Assembly: GCF_009914755.1 (NCBI RefSeq)
Contig: NC_060928.1
Reading direction: 5' to 3' (one strand)
Origin: the human T2T-CHM13v2.0 reference genome, Homo sapiens
Length of the DNA stretch: 64,000 bases
Part shown: positions 28,216-46,289 of the stretch, in pieces
Numbering within the stretch: the first letter of the stretch is position 1
How the letters are laid out: each line of letters opens with the position of its first letter
Notes under the pieces: generated by a model
Told to the model about the DNA's origin: nothing
Seen by the model: the letters and a program-made list of their open reading frames with translations, nothing else
Databases searched by the model: none
Translations under genes and position numbers: made by a program

Positions 28216-30464
28216 AGAGATTATAGGAAATCTGACTAAAATTTCTCCCGGACTCAGAGAAAGAACCTGCCAAGCTTGGATGGACAATTTAAGATAAAGA
28301 ATAGTATTGCTTTCTGAATATTTTCCAAATACCTTGCTAATTCATTGTATTAGTTATATCAGTTTTAAAACTCAAAACCTACATAAGACTCAGCAGAAAG
28401 GTAGAAACATATAGACATATATGTTTGTATAGTGTAAAGATATGTGTGTGCACGTGTATGTGTGTATATATATAAAATGTTTTATATATACACTTCTGTC
28501 TTTTACCGCTCATGGCTCTGCCAAGAACTATCCAGCCATTTGGATGACAAGGTCACACTTTGATCAGACAGCAAACAATCAAGACAGATTAAAGCATAAT
28601 TGCAAATAGTATAGCCATGATGACAACACATGATTTTTCCGTGGTATTATGTAGCAATTTGTTCACAAACCTCAAACAATTATGCAGTTTTGCAAATGGA
28701 GTGGAAATAGAGCTGAGATATATAATATTGTGAAGAAAGTTGGGTAATTTGGAAACAGCCGCTTGAGTGATAATTCAAATTTACTGTACATCCCCCATCA
28801 CTACGCAGTTTGACAGCAAAAGTGGTATTATAGATCAAAAGAGATTTTTTATTTACTACTCCTGTGAAAGCTGAAAAAACTAACTAATGGTCATTGAGGT
28901 TAATTAAAAACAACAGATATACAATATTCCATGATAATCAGGGTACTGGTAATGTTTCAATGATCCTTTTAATTTTCACATTAAGCTAGAATCAACTCTG
29001 TGTCCTTACCTGTTTGGCAAGAAGTATCACCCTCCCCTGGCTCTCCATTCTGTAATGATTAAAATCTCAAGGGGCCTATATAATCCAAAAGGGAGATCCA
29101 CCTGACTTCCCTTTCCAGCAGGAAAAAGCCCTAGAATTCCTCAGTTCTCCACTGCACTTGGTATCTTCTAGTCTAGCTGTCCCAACACCAGCTAATCCAA
29201 TTCTGCCCAGTCTGTCTGGCACTAGTGCTGTAGAGTGTAATCAAGTCTCCTTCCTGGATTCTATGTCCAAAGAAGGAGATGTCATAAATAGCCATGTTTC
29301 CTCTGAATTTTCTGGCTGTGTCCCCATGACTCAGCTCTGAGTCTCTCCTGGCAGCACCCCCAACAGCCCTTTCCCTTCAAAACCACACACCTCAGGCGTC
29401 CTGGCCCCAGAGTTGTTTAAATTGCTCACCTGGTAAAACCAGCAGAGACTGAGACCTTCCCAATCGTGGGAGGCAAGAAGTGGGTCAGTTTTATGCCAGG
29501 GGTTTAGGTAATTTGTTTTTAACTTCTTGAAACATGAAAGGTTTATTTTATATCTTCTCTCACTCTCACAATCATTTAATTTCTAAAACAATGAATTTTA
29601 GTGGATTCACAAAGAAAGCCTGTATTTTGAAAACATCAAGGCCTGTTACCCTTCCTGGGAGTAACAGCAAAGAGTATCTTCCCCAGTTCCTTAATCCCCC
29701 ACCCCTCTCTCCAACCATGCCTTTTCTTGCATTATTAGTAAAAATATATACTTTTAAAAGTGCCTGGCTTGATATCAAATGAAATACTTCAATGGAAAAG
29801 TTAAAATGTTTATTAGAAAGCACCCCATAATATCTAAGTGGTATAAAAAGTAGGATTCTAAGTTATACCTGTGCAACAAAAACAAGTAATGTATGGCAAT
29901 TGGCAACTGGCTAAACCATCCCCTTTGAGATAACTTAGGAACTTAGAGCTATGGATGGTATAGGCATGTGGAAATATATCCTGCTTATGTTTCATTGAAG
30001 TTTAGGGACTTGCATAAATAATCAGTCTAGAGTAGGATTTTTCTATCACAATGGAACAAAAGTCAGTAAAATGAGAACATGTCTTTCAAATATTGGCTTT
30101 CACCTCCTGAGCAATATTCATGCTGAATATTTATAATTTGCCTCGTTTTCAGGCTTTAGCATCTCCAGGGAGTTAGCTGTCTATAATTGACAACATGCAT
30201 GTTATTCTAATAGAATTACCAGAATTTCACCTATGACAACCTGTTACTTGCTCTAAGTAAATGGCCTTTCTAATTAGTGGCTCATCCTACAGGTCTTTTG
30301 GAGCAAAAGCCTTGACTCTCCTGTCAGGCTTACAAATTCCCTTATCTATATCTCTTTTTTATCTTCCCATGTCTGGCTGTGCATTTCCTACTAAGTTGTG
30401 TGGGTGGTGGTGAGGGTAAGAGAGGCTTACTATGCATGGATTGGAGGAGTAAGTAAAAAAGGGA

Positions 30465-30767
30465 GGCCAGGCGTGGTGGCTCATGCCTGTAATCCCAGCA
30501 CTTTGGGAGGCAGAGGCGGGCAGATCACGAGGTCAGGAGATCGAGACCATCCTGGCTAACATGGTGAAACCTCGTCTCTACTAAAAATACAAAAAATTAG
30601 CCGGGCGTGGTAGTGGGCACCTGTAGTCCCAGCTAGTCAGGAGGCTGAGGCAGGAGAATAGCATGAACCCAGGAGGCAGAGCTTGCAGTGAGCAGAGATC
30701 ATGCCACTGCACTCCAGCATGGGTGGCAGAGCGAGACTCCGTCTCAAAAAAAAAAAAAAAAAAAAAA
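30465..30767 (+). mobile_element. AluY
   Basis: gatcacgaggtcaggagatcgagaccatcctggctaac; pure poly(A) tail. Confidence 0.94.
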
Positions 30768-32002
30768 GAGGGAGAATTCTATAGACCTTCTAAATGGTTG
30801 TTTAAATTAAAATTAGCTGGAGGTAGAGATATAGTTAAAGGAATAAACAGAAATAAAATAGAATTACAAATTTGCATATTCATATTTTCCTCTAATTCTT
30901 CAAATGGATATATTTATAAAAAGGCAATCCAAGCTTACAAGAGGGAAAATTAACACAGATAATGGTGTGTATGGCACTTGTTGGCTTTTATGTTAAATAC
31001 TGAAGGTAGCAGGGAGAAAAGGGTATGAAGTAGAGGGTACTAAGATATACTGAGTGCGCATATTGAAAGGAATTGAATATATTTTTTCTAAAAATTTCTG
31101 TGGAAGAGATAGCATTACACATATTTTGCAAGGGAGGAAATAAAACTTTCAAAGAAGTATGTAATTGTCCCAGATAAGAAGTGGAGAATCTGAGATTTGC
31201 ATCTGAATGTCCCTGACTCCAAAATCCCTACTCTTGCCATAACATTACAAAGCATACTTAAAATAAGAATAAAGAGAAGTTGGAAAAAATGAGAGAGGAG
31301 GAAGGAAAGAATAATAAGAAATTCAGTAAATTTTCAGCCAATAAAAAACATCCTTAATGTCATCCTGCTTTCAGCATCAAGAGATATTAAAATGTATTTC
31401 CTAACACTGATTGCTGTTTCTGATAATAAAAAAGACACTGTGTATTCATATAAGTATTCCTAAAGTTTATGTACATGACCTATAATGTATTTTATCTCAA
31501 ATTTTTGCAGTTTTTTGAAAAGAAAAACATAAAATTTTATATATAATATATAAAACTATGTCATGTGTAAAATGTGATATATATATGAAACCATTTTTTA
31601 CAGAACAAGGCATGCTAAACTCTAAATCTGAAAATATCTATTGACGATTATTCTTTTTCTCTTCAGCATCACATTACAAGTCACATTTGGTTTCTATGTT
31701 TGGGAAAGGCAAGAATCCTAAGGGAGGCATTCATGTTGCCTTCATGCTGAGTTCTGACTGAGTGTTCAGCTTCAGAATGAGGAAATAGCAGAAAGAGGCT
31801 TTTTTTTCTTAAATTCTCATGTATTATATTTAATTTTGAATTTTCCAGTAATTCTTTGCGTCTAAAGGCTGAAACTTTGAAATATGTTTGGTTAAGATGA
31901 AATGTATCATGCTTGCAAAGGAAGATTGGGTTTATTATTTTTTTTCTATGGAATTTGGCAATCTGTTGTGCTTGAACAGAATTCAAAGTAAGTGGAAAGT
32001 CT

Positions 32003-32026
32003 TGTGTGTGTGTGTCTGTGTGTGTG
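32003..32026. repeat. (TG)n microsatellite
   Basis: Directly visible. Confidence 0.85.
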
Positions 32027-32239
32027 CCTTCAATTTATAAGATTGTTCCACTAGTGGTATATTTTTGGAAACATATACTTCATGTAAAAGACTTGGGTAA
32101 TTAACTCTCACAGGCCTGTTTTTTTTGTAAAGTCATGCTTGACAATTAACAAAATGTTAAGAGTATAGTCTATCTCTAAATATCATACAAAATAGAATTA
32201 TAATGGTCAATGTCAAACCAAAGTAAAGAAATCACTTTA

Positions 32240-33274
32240 GGGGGAGGAGCCAAGATGGCCGAACAGGAACAGCTCCGGTCTATAGCTCCCAGCCTGAGCC
32301 ACGCAGAAGACGGGTGATTTCTGCATTTCCATCTGAGGTACCGGGTTCATCTCACTAGGGAGTGCCAGATAGTGGGCTCACGACAGTGGGTGCAATGCAC
32401 TGTGCACCAGCCGAAGCAGGGTGAGGCATTGCCTCACTCGGGAAGCGCAAGGGGTCAGGGAGTTCCCTTTCCTGGTCAAGGAAAGGGGTGACAGATGGCA
32501 CCTGGAAAATTGGGCCACTCCCACCCGAATACTGTGCTTTTCCGATGGGCTCAGGAAATGGCACACCAGGAGATTATATCCTGCACCTGGCTCAGAGGGT
32601 CCTATGCCCACGGAGTCTCACTGATTTCTAGCACAGCAGTCTGAGATCAAACTGCAAGGCGGCAGCAAGGCTGGGGGAGGGGCGTCCGCCATTGCCCAGG
32701 CTCGCTTAGGTAAACAAAGCAGCCGGGAAGCTTGAACTGGGTGGAGCCCAACACAGCTCAAGGAGGCCTGCCTGCCTCTGTAGGCTCCACCTCTGGGGGC
32801 AGGGCACAGACAAACAAAAAGACAGCAGTAACCTCTGCAGACTTAAATGCCCCTGTCTGACAGCTTTGAGGAGAGCAGTGGTTTTCCCAGCATGCAGCTG
32901 GAGATCTGAGAACAGGCAGACTGCCTCCTCAAGTGGGTCCCTGACCCCTGACCCCTGAGCAGCCTAACTGGGAGGCACCCCCCAGTAGGGGCAGACTGAC
33001 ACCTTACGCAGCCGGGTACTCCTCTGAGACAAAACTTCCAGAGGAACGATCAGACAGCAGCATTCACGGATCACGAAAATCCGTGGTACTGCAGACACCG
33101 CTGCTGATACCCAGGCAAACAGGTCTGGAGTGGACCTCTAGCAAACTCCAACAGACCTGCAGCTGAGGGTCCTGTCTGTTAGAAGGAAAACTAACAAACA
33201 GAAAGGACATCCACACCAAAAACCCATCTGTATATCACCATCATCAAAGACCAAAAGTAGATAAAACCACAAAG
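32240..33274 (+). promoter_or_regulatory. L1 5'UTR internal sense/antisense promoter with intact YY1 site
   Basis: caagatggcc at 32251-32260; 1035-bp UTR retains many CpGs. Confidence 0.8.
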
Positions 33275-34291
33275 ATGGGGAAAAAACAAAGCAGAAAAAC
33301 TGGAAACTCTAAAAAGCAGAATGCCTCTCTTCCTCCAAAGGAACGCAGTTCCTCACCAGCAATGGAACAAAGCTGGATGGAGAATGACTTTGACGAGTTG
33401 AGAGAAGAAGGCTTCAGACAATCAAACTACTCCGAGCTACAGGAGGAAATTCAAACCAAAGGCAAAGAAGTTGAAAACTTTGAAAAAAATTTAGACGAAT
33501 GTATAACTAGAATAACCAATACAGACAAGTGCTTAAAGGAGCTGATGGAGCTGAAAGCCAAGGCTCGAGAACTACGTGAAGAATGCAGAAGCCTCAGGAC
33601 CTGATGCGATCAACTGGAAGAAAGGGTATCAGTGATGGAAGATGAAATTAATGAAATGAAGTGAGAAGGGAAGTTTAGAGAAAAAAGAATAAAAAGAAAC
33701 GAACAAAGCCTCCAAGAAATATGGGACTATGTGAAAAGACCAAATCTGCATCTGATTGGTGTACCTGAAAGTGATGGGGAGAATGGAACCAAGTTGGAAA
33801 ACACTCTGCAGGATATTATCCAGGAGAACTTCCCCAATCTAGCAAGGCAGGCCAACATTCAGATTCAGGAAATACAGAGAACACTACAAAGATATTCCTC
33901 GAGAAGAGCAACTCCAGGACACACAATTGTCAGATTCACCAAAGTTGAAATGAAGGAAAAAATGTTAAGGGCAGCCAGAGAGAAAGGTCGAGTTACCCAC
34001 AAAGGGAAGCCCATCAGACTAACAGCAGATCTCTCAGCAGAAACTCTACAAGCCAGAAGACAGTGGGGGCCAATATTCAACATTCTTAAAGAAAAGAATT
34101 TTCAACCCAGAATGTCATATCCAACCAAACTAAGCTTCATAAGTGAAGGAGAAATAAAATACTTTACAGACAAGCAAATGCTGAGAGATTTTGTCACCAC
34201 CAGGCCTGCCCTAAAAGAGATCCTGAAGGAAGCACTAAACATGGAAAGGCACAACCAGTACCAGCCGCTGCAAAATCATGCCAAAATGTAA
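33275..34291 (+). pseudogene. L1 ORF1 with two CGA>TGA stops (33602-33604, 33662-33664)
   Basis: MGKKQSRKTGNSK...YQPLQNHAKM in one frame, split by two stops. Confidence 0.95.
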
Positions 34292-34339
34292 AGACCATCG
34301 AGATTAGGAAGAAACTGCATTAACTAATGAGCAAAATAA

Positions 34340-38180
<3,841 letters not shown>

Positions 38181-38413
38181 TGAACAATGAGAACACATGG
38201 ACACAGGAAGGGGAACAACACCCTCTGGGGACTGTTGTGGGGTCGGGGGAGGGGGGAGGGATAGCATCAGGAGATATACCTAATGCTAAATGACGAGTTA
38301 ATGGGTGCAGCACACCAGCATGGCACATGTATACATATGTAACTAACCGGCACATTGTGCACATGTACCCTAAAACTTAAAGTATTAAAAAAAAAAAAAA
38401 AGAAATCACTTCA

Positions 38414-38828
38414 AGAACCCAAAGTAATTAAATGCAGGGGAATTGGTTATACAAGAGATGGAAAGGCAACAAAGCCAAATGGAGTGATGAGACAGTACAG
38501 AAATTAGCCATATCAAGAGGCTTGGACCAGAGCGGGGAGAGGATGTTATTAGAATCCATGAGCTGTAGCCGTGTCTCCCACCCCATCATCTAGTAAACTG
38601 GAACCACAATAAACCATGGAGTAGGTGCAAGGAGGGCAAGAAATACTTTGGCTTTTCCCTACCTCCCCGTCTTCCAGAGGCCTCCTATTGTTGAATCCAG
38701 CTGGATGCCATCTGTTTGAGGAATCTCTTAAATAAAGGCTGCAGGGATCAGGTCCCCTCCGATAGAGAGTAAAGCCGAAGAAGGGGAAGGAATGGATCTG
38801 AGAGCAGACTGATTCGAGATCAGCACAA
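38414..38828 (-). mobile_element. LTR33-like ERVL LTR
   Basis: aatgcaggggaattggttat...gaatggatctgagag...cagcaca pattern. Confidence 0.55.
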
Positions 38829-39186
38829 GAAGAAAAAAAGAAAGTCACTTACCTACTACATATGTTAATAAATATGAGATATGAAAGATATTTTAATCAG
38901 AGTTAAATGTGGACTTTAATATTACATATATGAAAAATAAAATAAATGCTAACAAAGTAAAGATTTAAAATTTTTTTAAATGATTAAAAGAAAAGGAAAT
39001 AGATAAGAAAGTTGGCTTGAATGGTTAAAAAAAAAAGGCAAAAAGAATGCCATGTTTTGAATCCTGGCATGGGCAGAATGGATGTGAATATATATTATCA
39101 GTGACACTTTCTCATTATGGATTTACAAGAGGAAGGTTGGAAGAAGGCTGATTATTCAAAGAGAAGAAACTTGAGTAGGATTCCTC

Positions 39187-39410
39187 TAGATCACAAGTCT
39201 GCAAATGTTTTCTGTAATAGGTAGCATAGTAAATATTTTAAGTTTTGTGGGCCATACAGTCTCTGTGGTAACTACTCAGCTTTGACATTGTAATGTGAAA
39301 TCAGTCATAGACAAGATGTAATGGATGCATATGGCTGTGTTCCAATAAAACTTTATTTCAAAAACAGAAGGCTAGAATTCCCTCATGTACTAGTTTGCCA
39401 ATACTGCTCT
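39187..39410. mobile_element. MER58A (hAT-Charlie)
   Basis: gtaaatattttaagttttgtgggccatacagtctctgt..ggctgtgttccaataaaactttattt. Confidence 0.8.
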
Positions 39411-40854
39411 AGAAAAATTAATCTTATAAAAAATCATCTATTTTCATTTTTACTGGTTAACTTAAAGACAGGAAAATATTTCTCATGTTCAGGCAGATGT
39501 GGACTCTGGTTTCAGACTACTTTAGTTCAACCCCCAACTCTGCCATTTGTCAGCTGTGTCGAAAGTTACTTAATCTCTCCGAGAAATGAGGTTCAGTATG
39601 GTGCTGACCTTAAAGGGTTGCTGTGGAAATTATGAAATTATATCTCTAAAGCACTTAAAATAATATCTGGTGTGTAGAAAGAGCTATAGTTATATTTGCT
39701 GATCTTACGAATTTCAACTTTAACTATTTTACAGATATTTAGTTTCCATGGTTCGGATTTACTTGACCTAATAGGTATATTTAAACATATTCATAAATAA
39801 AATATGAGGTAATACTTTATTTTAGCACCCATTACTCATAAATCAGTAGCAAACCTTCACTTCAGTAACTGTAGTCTACAAAGTTATAAATAAAGAAATA
39901 TAGCCAAATCTCAATCCAAGACACTAAAAAATTTATCCACATTATCCAGGCAGTGAGAATTACAGGCTTCTTAGGTATAAAACAGGACAATACAACGTAT
40001 CAGTTGCTAAAATCTATGTAATTGGTATATATTTATATATGTGTATATATATATATATATAAAGTGTGGCAGGTGCATAGAAGAAAGAATAAGACAACTC
40101 ATAAATGGCCAAGATCTCCCATATATTAACTTATGCTAATAAGTTAAACTGACTCAATTTGTGTTTTTACCTGACCAGTGATCTCTGCAATGAAATCAAT
40201 TGTGACATAATCAGCTTTAATTGAAGAACTGGGTAAAATAAAGGAACAGCAGAACTGTCCATGTAGTCAAGTATTCAATTTAGTACATTTTTAGAGCTTC
40301 CAAAAAGATTTAAAATGGGAGAAAAAAGGGGCAACTGAAGATGTAAAAAAAATCTAATCCAACAACCCATTTTATAGGTAAAACTAAGACCCAGTATGTG
40401 CCCAATGACACAAAGCCAGGTGGAGAGAGCCAGGATTGGGAGCCTAGTCCCCTAACAACCAAATCCTTTCATTCTCATTTCAATTTACTTTCTCTGCCAA
40501 TACTGAATCTCTCTAGACTCTCCTGAATGTTAACTTTTAGTTTTCCAGATAAGCAATACTACTTACTCCCGTATTTCAAGTAAGGGTTTTACCCATGTCA
40601 ATTCAGTCAAACTGGTTTGCTATCTTCTACTCAGCAATCTGTGATTACTCCTTAATAGCTTATAGTCATAGAAATACAGTGATGCTCTATTCAAGTGGAT
40701 CTGTACATGATTGTACATGATGCTGGACATCTAAGTTATCACAAAGAACTTGGAGCTCATGGCAGAACCATCATCCAGGTGACCTTAGCAAGGTATTTAC
40801 ACTCTAAAATAAACACAAAGACACTGACACATTCTTAATAGAAACTATGCTTGA

Positions 40855-41305
<451 letters not shown>

Positions 41306-41793
41306 CATTATATATATATAAAATATAAGCATATATTTGATATATAAAAAATATATATTTATATATAAACTTTTATTTATATATAAAACATATATATATG
41401 TTACTCTACACACACACTCACTCACACACACCCACACACACGTATTAAACAGCATTTAAACAGCATTTTCTCCTTTTGGTTTGACTGAATAAATTCAGCC
41501 AGGACATGAAGACTTTCTGAACTACTTTACAGAAAGGAAAGGTGTTTGGAATAAACTGAGTAAGAAAAGTTCGAATAAAATTAGAACACTATGATAAACA
41601 CTCACCCTATTAACTCTAAGACACAAAAAACAGCTTTCGTAGTCTTCATGTAATTTTTAAAAATATTTGGTTTCTGGTACCAAGGGAAAAAAGAGGATCA
41701 GCTGTCTCAGGGCAATTGAAACGATTAATTGTGAAATAAAACCTTTAACACAGCATATGCCCAAAACAAGGTACACAATAAATAATTTTGTTA

Positions 41794-41949
<156 letters not shown>

Positions 41950-44460
41950 TGTTGTTACCTTTTATAATTTAGTCTTTTGAATCTTTGTCCTTTGGAAGCC
42001 AGTGGTATTAGCTGGATTCTACAAATAAATGTTTTGGATATGAAGCAGACAACAACTAGTCCTAATTATGAGTCAAGTTGATTGAGTCAAGTCGGTATTA
42101 AGTTTAAGGATCTCTAAACTTCAGTTTAAAGATCTAACAATGTCTAATGTAAAATTATTAAAAAACTCAGAGAACTTAGAGTTGGAAAAAAAATCCATCG
42201 AAACATCCAATCTATCACTCATTTAGGGAAGTGTTTCTCCCTAAAATATCACTTACACCAAGTGTGAACATGGGGTTTTAAATGGAATTTCAATCCCCAT
42301 TTCTAGGTAAGTCTCTATGGTCCTTATTTCCCGCCTCTCTCTAGAACTTACTCTGACTAGGAGCCATATTTCAACATGTTAAATAACGAATAGTGTAATG
42401 CAAACTGTGCTACTATAATTCCCATTGAAACTCCATTAAGCAAAGAAAAGCTGTCATGTATAAAATCTGCTGATCCTTAGGGATGACTTGGAGGACATTT
42501 TTCCTTTAATGGCTTCATGCTTTGCCAAGCCATAATTCACTTATATTTCTGTCAACAGCTTCATCACTATGTGTGTTTGACTTTCCTGAAAATGACATTA
42601 TGACAACTCTCCTTACTATGCAAAGTTATTGCCTTGAAACCTCTATGTGGGAAAACGAAAGCATTTAGTCAACTCTGCTGTGAAGGAAGACATTATAGAA
42701 CTTGGCTTTTGTGTCACAATAAACATTTTAGCTTCTTAAGAAACCTCAGGGATGAACCAGACAGCAAAAACTGAGTGATTTTAGTCACCAGAAACTGTGA
42801 TAATTCCCCTTCAGTGTTGTTCTTGGATTGCTTTCGTAGCATTAAAAAACTGAATTTAGTAAGAAAAGTCTGGTAGATATTCAGAGTTAACAAAGTAATG
42901 AAATTATTGTTATAGGAAAAGAATAAAAGGGATGAGATTTGTTTTGATCTATTTTTAACCTTTTAAAATAAAGGGGGAGATGTCAAAATTATGTTCTATA
43001 TGTTGTCTATTTATAAAAATGAAAGCAATATCTCCTACCTCACTGGAGAGTGGGTTTAGGTAAATTGACATTGGAATGGCTCTTTGATATTTATGTAAAA
43101 GACGTTACAGAATAAACATATGCATGTATGTGTATTCACATGTGTATGTATGTATGTGTATACCTATACATGTGTGTGAGTGTGTGTGTGTGTGTTGGTA
43201 TACACACCAAAAATACACAAATGCACACAAGTGTGCAAACATACATACACACATTTGTGTGTTTATCTAAAGGGAAAAACCAGGCACCAGATTGCCTTTG
43301 GGAATATGAGGAGTCTAGGGTTTATAACAAGTTTTTAGTTACTTGTACCAGGACCCTTGTGGGAGGGAATACAGACCAAGCTGAAGTTTGGAAATCTGTG
43401 CCATGACTCTCCTACCCAAATGTAGATGTCTTAGAGTGTGACACATTATGCTTCTTTTTGCCAGTTTAAAAATATTAATTTTTTTTCTTTTCTCTAAAGT
43501 GTTATTCTCAGAAAGAGCCCAGTGCCTGCACTAGAGGACTATAAGAGTATTTGAAGCACTATACGAACAGAGAACAGTTGAGGAGCAGATGTTAAGGAGA
43601 GAGAATGCTTGCCTGTCAATGGTTTATAGAAATAACAATGAACTTACGAGGCCCAAGGGAGAAATGGCATATCTAGGACATAAGAAGCTGCCACTACTAA
43701 ATTGTACTACAATCTAGAGACCACAAGGAAACCCAGACAGGATACTTTCATATGGAGTGTTAGTCCTCACTGTGCCTAGAAGAATATAATATTTCCAAAG
43801 ATGGAAAGGCTAGTTTCTCTGAAGGACGATTTAATAAGACTTTATGGCTAGATTATGATGAAACATCTCTTGAACACATTTTTCTCCCATGATCTCTTTC
43901 TCTACATCTAGTACTTATGCTGAGCAGCCTCCTTTCACTGGGTTGGCAGAGTCTCCTGCATCTTCGAAGTGCATTTGCCAAGTCACACTGGTGATCCCTC
44001 TCTAAGTCAGCAGCGAGAAAGCTTAGAAATTTTCCAAATGCAATTACCTTCCTATTCTTGACTCAATGATTCAGAAGTCTAGAGTTTTTAAAATCAGTAT
44101 CACAGTCTACTTTGAAATAATGTTTAACATACTGTTACTATTATTTTTCAATTGGCTGACTCTTTAGTGATTACTACTCCATGTATACGACCTCATCCAA
44201 TATCCCCACAGTTTCTCCTACTCCAAGAACTCAGTGGACCATATACTTGTCCAGATATACTTGGTCAATGTTGTCAAACTTCAATTTGCAACTCATTAGT
44301 GGGTCACAAAATTAAACTAGTGGGTCACAACCAAGATTTGTTTGTTTGAAGAATACAATGTATTAGAATCGAAAGACAATATCAGGTCACATAATATAGA
44401 GTATGGATAAGTACTGCTTTGTAAATCTTTATTGCAGTCACATAATAAACACATACACAC

Positions 44461-45232
44461 TGTTATGGGCTGAATTTTGCCCCCTCCAACCTCCCAAAAT
44501 CCATATACTGTTGCCCTAATATGATTTGACTGTGTCCCCACCCAAATCTTGTCTTGAAATGTAGCTCCCCTAATTCCCACGAGTGGTGGGAGGGACCTGG
44601 TGGGAGATAACTGAATCATGGGGGCGGTTTCCCCCATACTGTTCTCATGGCAGTGAATAACTCTCATGAGATCTGATGATTTTATAAGGGGTTTCCCTTT
44701 TCACTTGGCTCTCTCACTCTCTTGTCTGCTGCCATGTAAGACATACCTTTCGCCTTCCACCATGATTGTGAGGCATCCCTGCCATGTGGAACTGTGAGTC
44801 CATTAAATCTCTTTTTCTTTATAAATTACTCTGTCTTGGGTATGTCTTTATCAGCAGTGGGAAAACGGGCTAATGCAGGCCCTAACACTCAGTACCTTAG
44901 AATGTGACTGTATTTGGAGACGGGGATTTTAAAGAGGTAATTAACATTAAATGATGTCATAAGGATGGGGCACTCATCAAATAGGACTGATGTTCTTGTA
45001 TGTAGAGGAAGAGACACTAGAGACGTATGCACACAAAGGAAAGGCCATGCAAAGACACGGTAAAAAGCCAGTCATCTGCAAGCCAAGGAGGGAGGCCTCA
45101 GGAGAAACCAAACCTGCTGACACCTTGATCTGGGACATCTAATCTCCAGAACTGTGAGAAAATAAATTTCTGTGATTTAAGCCCCTCAGTCTGTGGTATT
45201 TTGTTATGACAGCTCTAAAAAACACGAATACA
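44461..45232 (+). mobile_element. MLT1B-like LTR split by a THE1 insertion
   Basis: tgttatgggctgaatt.. resumes after the THE1 as ccctaacactcagtaccttagaatgtgactgtatttggag; ctccagaactgtgagaaaataaa. Confidence 0.85.
44517..44877 (+). mobile_element. THE1 (C/D-like) solo LTR
   Basis: taatatgatttgactgtgtccccacccaaatc...ctaatgca; 5-bp TSD tgccc/ggccc. Confidence 0.88.
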
Positions 45233-46289
45233 CACATACATATGTGGCATATTGGTCCATGTGTAAGTAAAGTGCTTTCCTGAGAAGAATGTTGTAATCA
45301 GAGAGACTTGAAAACCTCAGAAACTAGCTATGGGTCAGCACAATCACAAAATTGTATTTTACTTTAATCTTAAAAAGGATAATGACTTAATTAATATCTG
45401 TCAAATTCGTTTTTAATACTATTCTTGACTAAGATTGTCTTTATATGATGTACCCATATGTTGGCTCTAATATGTTAATGTTTCTCATAGATTTTATATT
45501 TCAAAGCACTTTATATTTGAAATACAATAAACTGAGAGGTGAGTCGGAGTTTAGGCATTTGTACACATAGTGTGGCTCCCTTGTGTTTTATATCTTCACC
45601 TATTTTAAAACTACTTTTTGTTTATGAATATACACCAATTCATGCTCATTGAGATAAGGCCTTATCGGTTGTCACCTGCCCAAAGGGTGGGTGTGGGGTT
45701 CTGCAAGTACCTTCCCTAACATACAGATAAGCATCTTTTGAGATTTAAATGCCCTCTTGGAACGATGATGTGCTCTTTTGTCTTTTATGTGGAGAGAGCT
45801 GTGCCAATTTAATAAGAATAAGACCTCTCCAAATGCATTAAGACCAAAATCTGGCATTATTAACAGATAGGTAAATGATGTATCTGTTGGAGATTTCACT
45901 TTTAACCCCACCCATGGACAAGTTATGAGCAAGGACATTTTGTGCCCAGAACTTGAATCAGTTCTGGTCTGACTGGTGGGCTCCATTTCCACCAGTTGAT
46001 TCCTTTAATCAACTCCACGGGTAGATTCCCACCTGGATAGGCCCCAAATTATGTGCTCTCTTTTCTGAGGAGAGATGCTTTTCTCCTTTCAAATTTGAGG
46101 TCAGTCAGTCTGCTACACAGTCCGACTAGACCTCATGACTGTTTCCTCCTTAAACATCTCCAGGTCTGAGTTTTTCTGGCAAATACTTAAACAAGGATAC
46201 AGTGGGTTTTAGACATGGCTGTTCTACTACCAGCCACTTTATCAATGTGTTGAGATACCTGTTAAAAGTAATGTAATATACCTAGTAAT

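Noticed and set aside
38227-38260. G-quadruplex-forming tract
   Set aside because: Standard feature of the L1PA 3'UTR
43118-43263. Long hairpin or miRNA-like structure
   Set aside because: Only (TG)-rich followed by (CA)-rich low-complexity sequence, so the pairing is non-specific
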